A stretch of DNA of 64,000 nucleotides from Euglena gracilis. Lineage: Eukaryota. Below the pieces are notes generated by a model. The model had not been told where the DNA came from. It saw nothing but the letters and a program-made list of their open reading frames with translations, and did not search any database. The stretch covers positions 9,488,634-9,552,633 of the forward strand of contig CP154954.1 of the NCBI GenBank assembly GCA_039621445.1. The letters run 5' to 3'. Of the stretch, positions 48,704 to 62,300 are shown piece after piece. A program made the translations under genes and the position numbers. The first letter of the stretch is position 1. Every line of letters begins with the position of its first letter.

Positions 48704-51700
48704 GAGGGGTGTGTCAGGTGTTCGCCTGGCGGGGCGTGTTTGTGTCTTTTGATGGAGAGGAGGTTCCCTGTTTGTCTCTCGGCTTCCCGAAGTAGTACGC
48801 ATTTGGCTGTATGTGCTCTGTGTGACGCTGCTGGTGGAGCATTTTGTGGCTAGCGGTGTGCATGTTTAGCGGACGGTGTGTTCCACTCGGAGGAGTTGCC
48901 AGATTTGGCGGGTGAGTGCGACAGCGACGGACTGATAGCCTTCGGCCTGCTTGAGTTCCCCTATTTCTCCTTCTTGCCTCGCCGTGGCTCGTTTGAAGAT
49001 GCGACCGAGCAAGCGGGCGCCCTCTGGGCCGAGGCCTCCCCATGTGCCCATTGCCAAGGTGGTGAAAGACCAACCTGCATTTTGGCAGGTGACGTCATAT
49101 TTAGTTTGCTTGGCAGATTATTTGCGTCGAAGAAAAGACCTCCATCGTTCCCGTGAGGTATTTTGTTCTGGGATCTGCCATGCATGACAGATCGTGACGT
49201 CGAGGGCTGTGGGCTTGCAATCCTGGAAGCATGCCAGTAAGAGATCAGCGGGGCGCAGATTGGCATCGGGGGCATTGGGGATTGTGACTTCCTTCTGGAC
49301 ACCTTGGCCTGTGGAGGATAGGAGGGTGAAAATTGCATCCTGAACAGCCGTGTGTCTGACAGTGAAGTTGTTTCGTGGGCAACAGATGAGGTGGTCCCCT
49401 TCCCTGTCCAGTGGGGCAGCCTTGGCATTTCTGCGTGTCGTCGTCTATGATGGGCATTCCGAGCCACCATTTGAGGCCAAGACAGTACTCATCACTTGAG
49501 AAGACAGTGTGCAGGGCGGGGGACGGTGGAGAGACCATACAACCATGTCCAATTCCTGAGGATTGTTCCAAAAGGCAGGCCTGGTCTCGTGGTTTGCATT
49601 GGTTGATGAGGTTGTCCATTGTGGTTTTTCCTATTTCTGTGGACCACCATTTTTGGGATTGTTCATTTTTTCCGGAGGTCTTGGTGTGGGCCAGATTCCC
49701 CAGCAGTCTTCGGGCTGTCGAGTGGTTGGGCAGGGCAGCACACAAGTTTTTGAGTGGTAGTTCAATGAGATCTGCAACTGGGTCTGTTGCATACTGAGGC
49801 AAACCGATTTTCTGATATCCTTCTGTGTAAAAGGCACAAAGGGCTGCTGTACGTTCCGCTGCTTGGTTGTGTGAGGGTGAGTGGCAGTGCTTCTTGCAGT
49901 CTCTGTGTGGTGTTCAGAGGCACTCCAACGACGTTCTCAAAAGCTTGAAGAATGGTTTCCGAAGATCGGGTGACTGCTTCTTTACAGAGGTAGCTGTTGG
50001 AGGCGCGGAGCAGGTGGTTCACTTTGCAACCGTCAAGACAGGAGCGTAGCAGGTGATGAGAAATTTGGGCATCTGTCATTTGGGTTACAATGTCTGCTGC
50101 GTGTTCAATTTTCCGTGTGGCCGCAACCCACGCTTCAGCTGTCTTTTGGTGGCTTGTAGGGAATTCCACTGGAACTCCCAATACGTGATCCCTGAATGTT
50201 CTTGCCATGGTATGACGGTCATATCTGGTGCGGAGGTGATTAGGTTGCCAGCTGGCCCCCATACCACACACTTTCGGAGGTTCAGTTGGAGTCCGCGGCG
50301 TGTGGCTTCGCCCTGGAGGAAGGAGATGACTTTCTGCAGTTTGTCGGGTTGGCCTACCATGATACCATCATTCAGACACCACGAACTCCAGAGTAGCTCC
50401 GCTTTGTTTCTGATGGTCTCTGCCAGAGGTTGCAGACCAACGCAGAAGCCGACTGGGCCAAGTGGGCAGCCCTGGTTAGTTCCGCAGCGGGACCAGAGGA
50501 TTTTGCCAGCGCAGAATAGGAGGGCAGGGTTCTTGTACGCGAAGTTGAGGTAGTTGAAGAGGCAGGGCGTTCTGGTTGTTGCCTCGAGCAGCAGGTGTGA
50601 CCTGTCTATGCAATTGAAGGCGTTGGAGAAGTTCAGTTGCAAACTTGCCCAATTGCCGGCTGGGTCCAGTTTGTGCACCAGGTGCTGAAAGCCTACTGCC
50701 ACTGATTCTGCTGCATTTGTGACCCCAACGCCGACTTGTGTGGGTTGGAGCTTGCTGACCTGGTCTTTTGCCGTGCCTGTTGCCAAGAGGGCTTTGCCAA
50801 TCAACCTCCGTATGGTCTCACCCACTGCCACCGGTCTGACACCGTCATCCTTTTTTCTGAGCGGAGTCAGGTGGGCGCCGCACCAGAACGGGGAGTGTGC
50901 AGCAGGGAGGTCCCCATTCACCCAGGTGTTGGTCAGTTTGGCGAGTGCTGTAATTAGCTGTGCTCCTCTGCCTGGGCGCTTGATTGCGTCTTGCAGGTGA
51001 GCAGGGCGGAGCCCAGAAGGTCCTGGGGATGAAGTCCGAGGGAATTTCAATGATTGCCTCATGCAGGATTGGTTCCCACGAGATTGATTGTCCTTCCTGG
51101 AACGGTGTCATCTTGGCGGGGAGGTTGTTCAGGTCCACCGGCTTACCGTTTGGGTGAAGGGCTTCCAGTTTGTTCCACACCTGTGGGTCCTGTGGTTTGT
51201 GGGAACCTTCGGAGAGTAATAGTTGGAGTGCTTTGGCTGGGCCTCCTTCCCCTGTGAGCGTTTTGACTCTCTGCAGGGTTCGGTCTGGTAGGCTGGAGGG
51301 TTCTGTTCTTGCCCGTTTTTCCGCTCTGGTTTTAATTAGCGCTGTGGCGTTTGAAATTGCGGATTTCTGTGCTGAGTGGAGCTCTGTCAGTAACGTGCCG
51401 TACTCGCCGGATCGGAACAGGCCGTTTCGTCTTCCAATTGCCGAGGCGAGTTCATCGGGGGCGTGTGTACCTTTCGCATTTACTGTGTGGAGCACCAATC
51501 TGGGGAAAGCCAGGATTGCACAGAGCCCGTCGTCGGTTGGGTTGCTTGTGTATGCGTCGAGGGCGGCTCCAAGGATGTCTCATATCGTGGTTTGGAGAGT
51601 TGCGGGGACATGCAGGATGGTGTTCACGCGGAGCTGTAGGATGTCCTCAATTGGGCAAGGTCTCGCACTGATGGTTATCCCGCATCTGGCGTTGTTTCTC

Positions 51701-52160
51701 AGGTTGCTTTCGTTGCCCGCCGAGTCTGCTACGGTTGCTGCGTCTCTGCCTTCCCATGGGTGGGCTAGGTCGTTCAGGCGGTCAGTGGTGTCTGCGTTGT
51801 CTGCTGGTCTTCGAGTGGAGGCGGAGCTGGATCGTTCCTTGCGTTTGCATGACTTGTTTTGCGCCGTCGTGGGTGCTGCGGGTCCTGGGTTTTCTTCCAC
51901 GTCTCCGCAGGTGAGGAGTGAACGTCTACATCGAAGAAAAACCAGGACCACTCCGATACCCACCTTCCTTGCGTGGCCCCCACCGTTACTGCGGACCCCC
52001 GTGCACACCCCTACGGCCACTACACCTCAGCCCACAACTGAACGAACTTCGAGCCTGCCAAAACGAGAAACAGACCCTACTTCGGAAAAGTCCCCGCGGA
52101 CAGCGCCCGAAGGGCACTGGGATGCTGAGGGGGGCCACAAACGGTCAAAAAGTGCATTTA
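48704..52160 (-). mobile_element. CRE-like non-LTR retrotransposon 2 (2A peptide, RT, restriction-like endonuclease); degenerate, boundaries approximate
   Basis: SLLTCGDVEENPGP; SPGPSGLRPAHL, VRPVAVG, FSNAFN, QGCPLGP, WCLNDG; LKWWLG, CxxC, RPADLL, GTWGGLGPE. Confidence 0.88.
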
Positions 52161-52175
52161 AGTGATTCCATGCTT

Positions 52176-52505
52176 CCAGAGCTCTGGGGTTGGAAAATTG
52201 GTCACAATGTCGGACATGAACGGAACAACAGGCTGGTGTTTCCAAAGCTCTGGGGTTGCCAAACTGATCATAATGTTGGCCAGGAATGGAGCAGCAGGCT
52301 GGTTTTTTCAGAGCCCTGGGGTTGAAAAAATGATCACGAAGTTGGTCAGGGATGGAACAACAGGCTGGTTTTCTCAAAGCTCTGGGGTTGCCAAACTGAT
52401 CACAATGTTGGCCAGGGATGAAAAAACTGGCTGGAATTTCCCGATGTCTGGGGGTGCTAAGCTGATGACAATTTTGGGCACGGATGAAACAAAAGGCTGG
52501 GGCTG
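52176..52505. repeat. Five degenerate 66-bp tandem repeats
   Basis: CTCTGGGGTTGCCAAACTGATCACAATGTTGGCCAGGGATGGAACAACAGGCTGG recurring at 66-bp spacing. Confidence 0.8.
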
Positions 52506-54817
52506 AAATGTTCGTTGCAGGGAGATATTTCTTCGAATATTGATGCCGGGGGGGGGGGGCTCTGGGTTGTCTGATCAGCTGAACAGGTTGAGCAGGGCCA
52601 TAAGGGCACACCGGTGGAGGAAGTCCTGGATCTATGGGCAGTTGAGGAACTGCTCCAAAGGCCCACAAGGCCCACAATGATAGATAAACTGCTGGGCCAG
52701 GGTGTACTGGGCCAGGATGCAGTACTGGGTGGGCTGTTGATGGCTGAGGGTCAGGGCCAAAATGTGTGGGTCTCAGATGGGGAAGCTCTGGTGTCAGTCC
52801 CCAGAAGGCCACTGATTGATTGGGTTGAGTGGTTTGAAGGTGTGTGCCTCAGAAGTGTTTGTTGGAGCAAAAGCCAAGCAGGATGGGGGGAATGCCTCAT
52901 AAAAGTTTGTTGTAGCCAACGAGTATGAAAGTCATCATCCAACCCCAGTGTTCTGACAACAATCCCAAAGAAATGAAAGGCAGTAGCCAGACATTATGCT
53001 GGGGGGTAGGGGACATGTGAATCAGCAACTATGGTAGAGGGGAACAAATGTGGTGTCATGTGACCAGAGACCATGCCAGCAGTGGACTTGACAAAGAGGG
53101 CCCTCCTGAACTGGGCTCTCCTGTCATTGGCCCCTTGGCCACCATGAGCATTTCCCTGGTTGGGTCTGCTTCCTCAATGCAGCAGCTGCGGGATGTCCAT
53201 CACCAGGTCCTTCTGGGACCAGTCCGCTGGGTTGATGGGTCTTGGCTGGTAGCGTGGTTGAACTGGATGATGGGGTTGGTGTGGGGGTTGAGGGAGCTGG
53301 GGTTGAGGTTGATGTACAGGTTGAGGGTAGCCTGGACCAAATTGAACTCTGATGAGGGCATGCTGGAGGATGACATTGAAGGTGGCGGTCTTGTTGGTGA
53401 GCCAAAGGTTGTGAGATGTTCAGCTGTGTAGTGGTTCAACGGTGGTGGCTCATGAATGGACCAGGGTCTCAGTACAGGGCCAGGGTTGGTCTTGGGTTGT
53501 AGGCCTTCCACATCAATGGCATCAACCTTGGTAGGCTTTGGTTGAGCTGGGGGTCTTGGCCTGGCAGCCTGGGATGCATTGGTCTGTGACCCCTGATCTC
53601 TGACCCTGCATCTGGGTCCACCCACTTGGGTCCCAATGGAACTGATAGCTGGGCAGGTCATGGTCCCCCAACTGCAGAAGGTTTTGGGCAGGGAGTCCCC
53701 AGCTGGAGTGAGGGGTGTCGATGCTGCCAGAGCCTGAGTGGGAGATGTCGATGTAACCACAGCCAAGGTGGGAGATGTCGATAGAGCCACAGCACCAGAA
53801 GGTGATGGTTCAGGTTGTGGTGTAGATGGGGTCGGGGAAACTGAGGAGTTGAAGGCTGGGTGCGAACTCAACATGGTGGATGGGGATGGTACTGGTCCCA
53901 ATGCCAGAAAGAAGGAGCCAAACATCAGTGTGACTCTGAGGCATGAATGGATGGTTGCTGACTTATGGGGGCCAATGAGAAAATTAGGCCAATAATTGCT
54001 GCAATGTTGACTGCAAAAAGGCTTTGGCAGGTCCAAAAGGCTGACAGGCTTTTTCTGGGGGGCTTTTGCAGGCCCAATACATGAGGAGGGAGAGCCGATT
54101 CCAGTGGAGGGTTTTGCAAACCCAATATTCCAGACTTTGAGACGGCTTCCAGAGGGGGCTTTTGCAGGCCCAATATTGAAGGTTGGGGCTTTTTCAAGCC
54201 CAAATGTGACGTGGAGAGCTTTTGCAAGCTCAAATATGCACCCAGGCTGTCAGTAGTAGTTGACTGTCGGCGGCGACCACGTCGGCACGGTAGTACGGCG
54301 TCGTCTTCGTTCTCGTCGTCATGCAGCAGGCTGCCCAGTAGTCTGCAGTAGTCTGCGACGTGACGCAGGGTCTTCACAGTCCACCTCCATGTCGAGTCTC
54401 CGCTTGGTTCCAGTCTGCGTGGTCAGGGCGGCGACGATGCTCTTGGACCCCGTCTGGGGCTTTCCGGCCATGTTATGCGGAAGGCGAAAAAAAATTGACA
54501 CTCAGAAATTGAACTCAGTCCACCGACCAGTGGCACAGCCTACTGGTTTTGAGTGTTCAGGGGTGTCGGAGGCTATGTACAGATGGGGGAACCCCATGGA
54601 TAGTCCGAGGTGTCAACTGTCGCCGGGCTCAGCGGGAGGAAAATGGGCAAGGCCCATCTTCAATATAAAGCGCAGGGGGAGGGCAGGGCGGTGCTACAAA
54701 CCGTGTGGTATGGTCGTCGGCGGGTTTGCAAGAGGTGGGTTGCGGGGCGTGGGTGGGGGGGCGGTTTGTCGTTGTCTCTCTCTGTGTGTGTGTTGTTGTG
54801 TGTGTGCTGTGTTGCCC

Positions 54818-54857
54818 TTCTTCTTCTTCTTCTTCTTCTTCTTCTTCTTCTTCTTTC
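54818..54857. repeat. (TTC)n microsatellite, (GAA)n directly after the stop codon of CRE-like element 3
   Basis: About 12 TTC units adjacent to the ORF end at 54858. Confidence 0.9.
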
Positions 54858-55850
54858 TTAACGGAGTAGGTGCTTGGGTTGTAGGAGGTGGAATACCTCT
54901 CGTATCAGGGCGATGGCCACGTTTTGGTAGATTTCCGCCTCCTTGATTTCGCGCTCAGCGCCCTGCTGCCAGGACGAGGCACGTTTGGCCACTCTGCTCA
55001 GTGTCCTGGCAGTTTCCGGTCCCATGCCGCCCCATGTCCCGAGGGCGAAAGGCGTGAAGCCCCACCATGCTTGCTGACATGGGATGTTGTATTTCTGCTT
55101 TTTGGCGTCCTCCCTCCTCTTTAGGAAGGATCTCCAGCGTTCGCGGGTTGCGGTGAGTTCTGTAGCCTGCCATCCATGGCAGACGGTGACGTCCAGCGCT
55201 GTCGGCTTCCCCTCAGACCAGCAGTCCAGAAGGAGGTCCGCCGGGCGGAGATGGCTGTCTCTGGCTGTCGGCAATGAAACTTCCTTCTGCACCCGCTGAC
55301 CGCTGTTGGACAATGTTTGAAATAGGGTGTCCTATACAGCGTTGTGGCGTGTTGCGAAGTTGTTCCTGCGGCAGAAGAGGAGGTGGTCGCCCTCCTTGTC
55401 CAGGGGTTGGCCGCATCCTGTGCACGGCTGGCTGACGTCATTCAACACCAGGAGGCTCAACCACCATTTCAGTCCCAGGGTGTATTCTTCGCTGGAGAAG
55501 GTGGTGTGGGAGTTGTTCGAGGGGGTAGCTGCCATCCAACCGTGTCCAAACCCCGTGACCTGTTCAAGCAGGCGGTTCTGGTCCCGGTCGTCCATTGCCT
55601 TCTTGCCCAGCTCATGGTTCCACCAGTTTTGTTTCCCAGGTTCTTGGTCCTTGGAGGCGATTCGTTGTGGATTGTTGAGGGAGGTGGTGACGGTGGCATG
55701 GTTGGCTCCGAGCCTGCCCCTGACTTCGTCCAAAACGGGGGTGACAAGGGATAGTTGCGGGCCGATTGCGTAGTCGGTCACACCCACACGCCGGGCCCCA
55801 CCTGAGTAGAAGTCTGCGACGCAGGAAATCCTTGCCGCGCGCCACGTAAC
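54858..55850 (-). mobile_element. CRE-like non-LTR retrotransposon 3, 5'-truncated (C-terminal Zn knuckle and restriction-like endonuclease)
   Basis: LKWWL, CTGC..DHLLFC..RHNAV, RPADLLLDCW..TALDVTV, FALGTWGGMG. Confidence 0.85.
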
Positions 55851-56624
55851 ATATAGGAAGTGGGTCTTGCCCACGGGCAGAAAAGCAGGGGCACCATACA
55901 CAAACACACCCCGCCATGCAAACCCCCCCCCCCCCCGCCAAGGTATATATATGGATCGTTGGTCTTGCCCACGGTCTCCTAACCAGCTGACCGCCAACAA
56001 TGCCTATACTTGCAGTGTACACTACCATCAGTATAACCTACCCGCGATATAACCTACCCGCGGCACAGGAAGTCACAAGAGGGTTCCTCTTGTGGCGCGG
56101 GCCAAAAGAAACGATACCCTGGGCCCAGGGCACGGTTCGGGTGAAGCTGTGCTACCCACCGTGAATTCTCAACCGTCCTTTGTAGCTTTTCTGCATGTTT
56201 TTTTTCGACATGTCACATGGCTGACATGTCCCCCGGTGGGGTTCTAGTTACAAGCTGGGATTATAAAGTACAAGTTTTCAAGTTTCAACTTTCTGTACAA
56301 CATTGTAAGTCCAAGGAAAAGACCAAGGCGAAGTGGAGAACTGTTTGCAAGAGCATATGTACGCTGGTGGACAGTGCTTCTAGCCTCAGTGCTGGGGCTT
56401 CTTTGGCCGTATGCTGCTGGTTACTGCAGAATTGACTTTAAGTCGGTCTGTTTTACTTTTTGTGAACTGTTTTGTTTCTTGCCTTTTCTTTTTGTTTCTG
56501 TTTACAAAATAGCCCCAGAACAAAGGAAACCGAGGAACTTCGGTCTGTTTTTGCAAAGCTCCCATTCAGATTGTGCCAGTGTGCTAAATGTGAAAGGGAT
56601 TTTGAAGATTTTGAAGATTTTTGG

Positions 56625-56935
56625 GCCACAGGTGGTGGCCAGTTTTGGGCCACATGTGTTGGCCAGTTTTGGGCCAGATGTGGTGGCCAGTTTTGGGCCA
56701 GATGGTGCCAGATTTTGACCAGAAACCTTTTTGTCCTGAGGTGCTCGTTTTCTTCTGAAACTTGTTTTTTTTGTTTCTTGCATTCTTTTTTTCCTGTGCA
56801 ACAATTTCTCTTGCTCAAAAAACCTAAACATTTGGGGGGGTTCGGTTTTTGCGTCTGGCAAATGGGTAAGTTTTGGAGGGTTTGTAGTGGGCAAATGGGT
56901 AAGTATTGGAGGGTTTGTAGTGGGCAGTTTTGGAA
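56625..56935. repeat. Short 24-bp and 33-bp minisatellites
   Basis: GGTGGCCAGTTTTGGGCCACATGT about 3.5 copies; GGCAAATGGGTAAGT.TTGGAGGGTTTGTAGTG two copies plus a partial. Confidence 0.7.
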
Positions 56936-57214
56936 AGATGGGTGGCCATGTTTTTTGCCACATTTGCTGGCGATATTTTCCCAACGAGGCGAACGAGTGG
57001 CCACAGGTTTTTTTGGGCGGGGGGGCCTTCGGCCGGTACGTCTTTTGTCCTCCCGTGCGGGTTAAAGCCAACAGGCGGGCCGTATTTCTGTCCGAACGTT
57101 CACCCGGGTGCACTTCGGGCTTCAACTTAGTCCCCCTCCGGTGCACACATTCATTCCTGATTCAGACGTCACTGCGTACGGCGTGCGTGTTGTTTGGTCT
57201 GGATAGCCGGCATG

Positions 57215-57282
57215 TTGGCTGGCTAGGTTGGTCTGCCAGCCGGCTAGGTTGGTCCGGCCAGCCGGTTAGGTTGGTCCGGCCA
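57215..57282. repeat. ~22-bp tandem repeat
   Basis: GGCTAGGTTGGTCCGGCCAGCC, three copies. Confidence 0.7.
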
Positions 57283-58581
57283 AACGCCCCCCTTCAATGA
57301 CCCGCGTTTTACAACGCAGCCCTTCGGTGAGAGACTGCCCGATAACCGCCAAAGGCTTGGGAAAAGTTCCTCTCGGTGCGCATGTGCACATGCGGGCACG
57401 ACAGTCCTCCATCTCCGGCGGCGGTGTAAACAAAACAGCGAGCCCCGTAGCGACGCATGATGACCCACGTGGCAGAGGATCCACCATCTTCCTCAACTAC
57501 AATCTGAGGAACTAGTGCCCGGAAGCCACTCCGGCAGCCGATCAATCGCGGCCCCACCTCGCACCCTTCTTTAGCTCACATCTTTTCCCCTTTTCCCTGC
57601 CCTCCCATCGCCTGGCCCTAGCACAGACTATCGCTTCTGTACATAGCCTTACCCCTGGAACACATCAAATCCAGTAGGCTGTGCCTCTGGTCGGTGGACT
57701 CGGTTCGCGCCACCACCGTTGTTGTAGTGTGTCTTTTTGTCCATGCACAACAAGCGTTTCGTTTGTTCGCCGGCCCCACCCCCTGTGCGCCGCCGGTCGC
57801 CCCCGCGACCGGCGAGTCCCGGTGGGCCGAGGGCCCGGGGGGGCCTCGCCGTCGTGGAAAACCACCAACAGCCGGGGGGTGGGTTTTTCCGGGGTGGGGC
57901 CGGGTTGGTGGGCTCAAGCCAACCCCCGTTTGTTTCACTCAGGTATTTTCCCCAACCCCTGCCGGTGCGTAGGATCGTTTTTGTAATGTTTTCTGAAAAT
58001 TTGGTGAACACCGAAAAATCTGCCATTTGCAATGAAATAGAACTTTTCTCTCTGAAATCTCACTTTTCTCTCTTTCTCTCTCTCACTCTCTTTCACACCG
58101 TTAAGGAAAAACCAACCCACTGAATTCTGAAATGAATTCCAACCCACTGGAGAAGCAATCACACTGTTGGAAATCTGTGAGAGTGACTGAATGTGATAAA
58201 AAAAACAACCTGGGGCAAGGAAGAGGGGTATAGGGAATAGAAGCGGCGGTGAGGGTGGCGGTGTTGTAGGGTCTCCTTCTTGATTTCAATACCAAATTGA
58301 CTTCAACAACTCCACCAACAATGTAATGACCAACAATGTAACTGTCAATTCCAATTAAACAATGTGATTGATCAAATCCAATTCAATGTATTTCCTCTTT
58401 GCCAAATAATGGGGAAAACCCCTCAAGTTCTGTGAAAAATGACAAATTTGAAGGCGCTTAGAAATTTGACCCGCTTCCAATTTAAGTCGCGGGTTTCTCT
58501 AACTGATTGGCTGTTACCCGCGACTTTGTAATTTACGCTTTCTGGCAATTTTTGGCTGCCGGCGAAAGCCGGCGGCCGACA

Positions 58582-58592
58582 CCCCCTCCCTT
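58582..58592 (-). promoter_or_regulatory. Probable polypurine tract of element C; 3' LTR would start at 58581 and run leftwards
   Basis: Minus strand AAGGGAGGGGG followed by TGTC, like the element B PPT; second LTR is outside the window so unconfirmed. Confidence 0.5.
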
Positions 58593-58859
58593 GCGACCTT
58601 AGTCGGACACCAAAAATTCGCCCCCCCCCCCGTTCCTCAACAACAGAGGGAAAATCCTCCATTCGGCACTATTTCATCCAAAGCCTATGTCCCCCACCCA
58701 TTCTCCCTTGAATCAACAAATGGGAAACAAACTTCAGGGACTATGGCTTTCAAGTGCCTTCAAACCTTTGGGAAAGACTCGGTTCACCAACCAACGAGTA
58801 TTAGGCTGCCCCTCCCCCCGCTTCCACGGGTGGTATGAGGGTCTTCACCAAGATCTTCC

Positions 58860-59100
58860 CCTCCCCTTCCAACGGGTCGGGGGTTTTTGGTAAAATTTCG
58901 GTTGGCGCCCCCCCCCCTTCGGGTCGGGAGGATTTTTGGTTCAAATTCGTCAAGCCCCCCCCCCCTCCTCGGGCAGGGGGATTTTTGTCAAAAAATCAAG
59001 CGCACCCCCCCATTTTCGGGCCGGGGGGATTTTTGTCAAAAAAATCATGCCCCCCCCCTCTCCTCAGGTCGGGGGGATTTTTGTCAAACCGAACGGGGGT
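58860..59100. repeat. ~50-bp degenerate tandem repeats in the 3' UTR of element C
   Basis: CCCCCC..CGGG.CGGGGGGATTTTTGTCAAAA recurring about five times. Confidence 0.7.
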
Positions 59101-59384
59101 TCATAATGTGACCAAGGACTCCCAACCACAATGTAACCCATCATCTCAAAGAATCAATCTCCAAACCCTAACAACATCGGGAGGGAAGAGGAGGGGACGG
59201 CAAATATAGATAGTGCGGTGGGGCAATGAGCGCAGTGGGGGGAAATATAATAGCAATGCGGCGGCGAATGCACTGAGGTGCCCCTTGCACTCCTGAAAGG
59301 TAGAGAAAGGTAGAAAGCCTTGGACAGGGCCTTATGGCTCACCTTAGAGCCTACGGCCCACCGTCAATTTTAAGTTCGGACATT

Positions 59385-62300
59385 ATGTCCATTTTCACTT
59401 TTTTCTCACGGCAATACTTCACAAACTCCCAACTGAACCTGTGAATAAAATTCCCAGCCGGTTCCCAGGTCTGCTCTCCGTCTTCATATCCGACCCACTT
59501 TGTTTAAAACTCCCACTTTCCATCCTTTCCTTTCCGATGCCTTAGAATTTTCTCCACCTCCCACTGATCAGGTAATGCCTCTTCTTCTTTTTCGGTACGT
59601 TTATAATATAAAAAGGCACCCCTTTCCCTTTAACTTGGGGTTCCCGATACTCCTTCAAAAAACTCCTATGAGCTTTTGTCTCCACCCCAGGTTTCATTTC
59701 GATTACATAACTTCGTTCCCCTTCTCTACCCTTCACGACCCCAGGTCCCACCCACCTACAGTCAAGATTCTCACCCGACCCTTCGGGTCTCCTATACCAA
59801 ACCATCATCCCCACCTTTAGGGGTTCCATTTCTTTCCTCCCCTTATTTATCATTGCCACCTCCTCCTCATGCTTTTTGTTGAGTATCCTAGCCACCCTCC
59901 CATCAATGTCTTGCATCCTTCGGAAAAAATCCACCGAATCCTCACATTCTTTGGGTGGTTGGTAGGGTACCCCTGCTAATGGTCGTTCCCTCCCATGTAG
60001 AATTTCATATGGGCTGAACCCACTTTCCCCCTTTACGTCGTGAATTCGGTCCACAGCTTGGGGTAAAGCTTCAACCCAATTAATTTTTTCTTTCACGTAC
60101 AAATTTCTCAACACCTCCATTACCTGTTGTCCGGCTCTCTCAATCCTCCCGTTTGCTTGGTGGTGGTATGCTTGGGAATATGCTTGCCTAATCCCCAAAA
60201 GTGCACACATGTTTTTCCACCAAGTTCTTGTGAAACGGCTCCCTTGGTCACTTGAGATGACCGAGGGAACCCCAAAAGGCCTCCACTGATTTTTCACCAT
60301 TTCCTTAGCCAACTTGGCACCGGTTAATCCCTTGTCCTTGCATGCAACCCCCACAATCCATCCCGAATGCCTATCCACACAAAGGGCTAGGGTGTCATAC
60401 TCCCCCCCATCGTGTAAAACCCTTGGCATTCGAAACAAATCGATGGCAACACTTGTCATTAGTGCAGGGGGTATGGGTGTGGACTCGATCGGTCCTTTCA
60501 AACTCTTCCCCCTCACACTCGCTTGGCATGTGAAACAATTTTTGCTGCACTTTTGGTTGAGTTGTTTTGCAGCCTTTTCATCAGCCCAAACAAAACGGAT
60601 TGCCATGTGTTTCCAACTTTTTCAGGGCCAACGTTCCCCAAACACTCGTGAAGTTCTTGAATCACCAAGTGTTGAAAACTTTCCGGCACACACAACTTTT
60701 CTTCAAAAAGCAATTGGCCATTTAGCTCTTTGAAGCCCGTTGGCCAAATTGAATCGCCTTTGGTAGCTACCCATTTTTCTTTCCATGTGGGGCATTGGGA
60801 ATATGCTTCCCCCCAATCACGCTCCCATACGGGCTTAATATCCTTAGGGGTCGTACTTGGCAGGGCGTCCCCCACTTCCATACGAGTGTCCCCCCTCGAA
60901 CTTTCAGCCGTCTCCGGGACAGGGGTCGTCTCCCCCCCCCACTTTCTCATCCCAAAAATGAACCCGTTTCTTTTCTTTCCTGGGCCATTGTGAGTGGGTG
61001 TCCACAGGGGTGTCTTTTCCTCCTGGGTCTACCCCACCCTCGGTTCCCCTCCTTGTGCACTCTCCTTTTTCCTCCTCAGGTGTTACGTTTTTGCCACTAC
61101 GGGTTGTCACCCCCCGTATCCAGGCATTACGTAAATTGGGCTGGTTTTTGATTCTTATCTCCAAACACTTTTTTTCCTCTTCTTTTTCCTCCCGGATAAA
61201 ATTTTCCATTTCATCCTTGTCTTCGGCTGACCCATGCTTACTTATATCCCTTAGGGCCTGTGAATCTGGGTATGCCCACCGACTAATAATGTCGGCTATG
61301 GTATTTTCTTTACCCGGGATATATCCCACCGTCAAATCATACTTGGAGAAAATTTGGTGCCATCTCGCCCTCCTCCCAACCGGACCACTGGGGGTGTCCA
61401 GGACTTCCCTTGTCCAAGACTCCAAACTTTGGTGGTCGGTTAAAACCAAAACGGGTTGCAATCCAATCCAACTCTCCCACTTTTGTAGTGCCAAAATTAT
61501 GGCATATGTCTCCAACTCCCTGGGGGTCCATTTTCTTTGCCCCTCGGTCAATTTTCGAGACATAAAAGCCACTGGCACAGTTTTTTTCTCAATCACATCT
61601 TGGGCTGTGGGCCCCCCTCCTTCATTTGCTCTAACGCCCCCCACGGCGTACCCACTGGCATCTACCCTTAGCACAAAGGGTTTATCTGGGTCTACCGTTG
61701 CAACATTAGGCCCGAACACAACCATTTTTTCAGCTCCTCAAAAGCTTTTAAAACCTCCCCATCAAATTCCACAGGTTTTCGACTTCCTTTCTTTCCCACC
61801 TCCCTAGGGACTTTCAATTTGTCTTGCAGCCGGGCAGCTACTTCCGCATACATGTGAACGTATGCATTGTAATAATTTGTGAATCCCAAAAAGGCTCTCA
61901 AAGCCGTAATTGTTTTTGGAACCTCCCACTATTCGATCGCTCGTAGCTTACCCGGTGCAGGCCTCCTAGTCCCATTTCCTAAAATCTGTCCACAAAATTA
62001 AACCCCCTCCACAAAAAGTTTGGCTTTGAATTCATCAGCCACCAAAAGTTCTGTTTTGAGCACTTCCAACACTCTCCTCAAATCTTTTTCATGTGCCCCC
62101 ACTAGATCCTCCCCTTCCCCGACCGTTGTCCACACCAGTATGTCGTCTATGTCCCCTGTGGCGATATCCCTTACTGGTGTCAAACGGTCATCGATCATTT
62201 GCTGAAATTGTTGGGGGGCATTTGTCAAACCCATTACGTTCACCCTCCACTGAAAAATCCCTTTGGGGGTGAAACAACACGTTATGGGTCGACTTTCTGG

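Noticed and set aside
51170-52165. Long plus-strand ORF here and similar ones at 60998-61807 and 21659-22465
   Set aside because: Antisense shadows of retroelement coding sequence with no recognisable motifs
55860-58340. Host protein-coding genes
   Set aside because: Only short low-complexity or repeat-derived ORFs, with no domain motifs I can recognise
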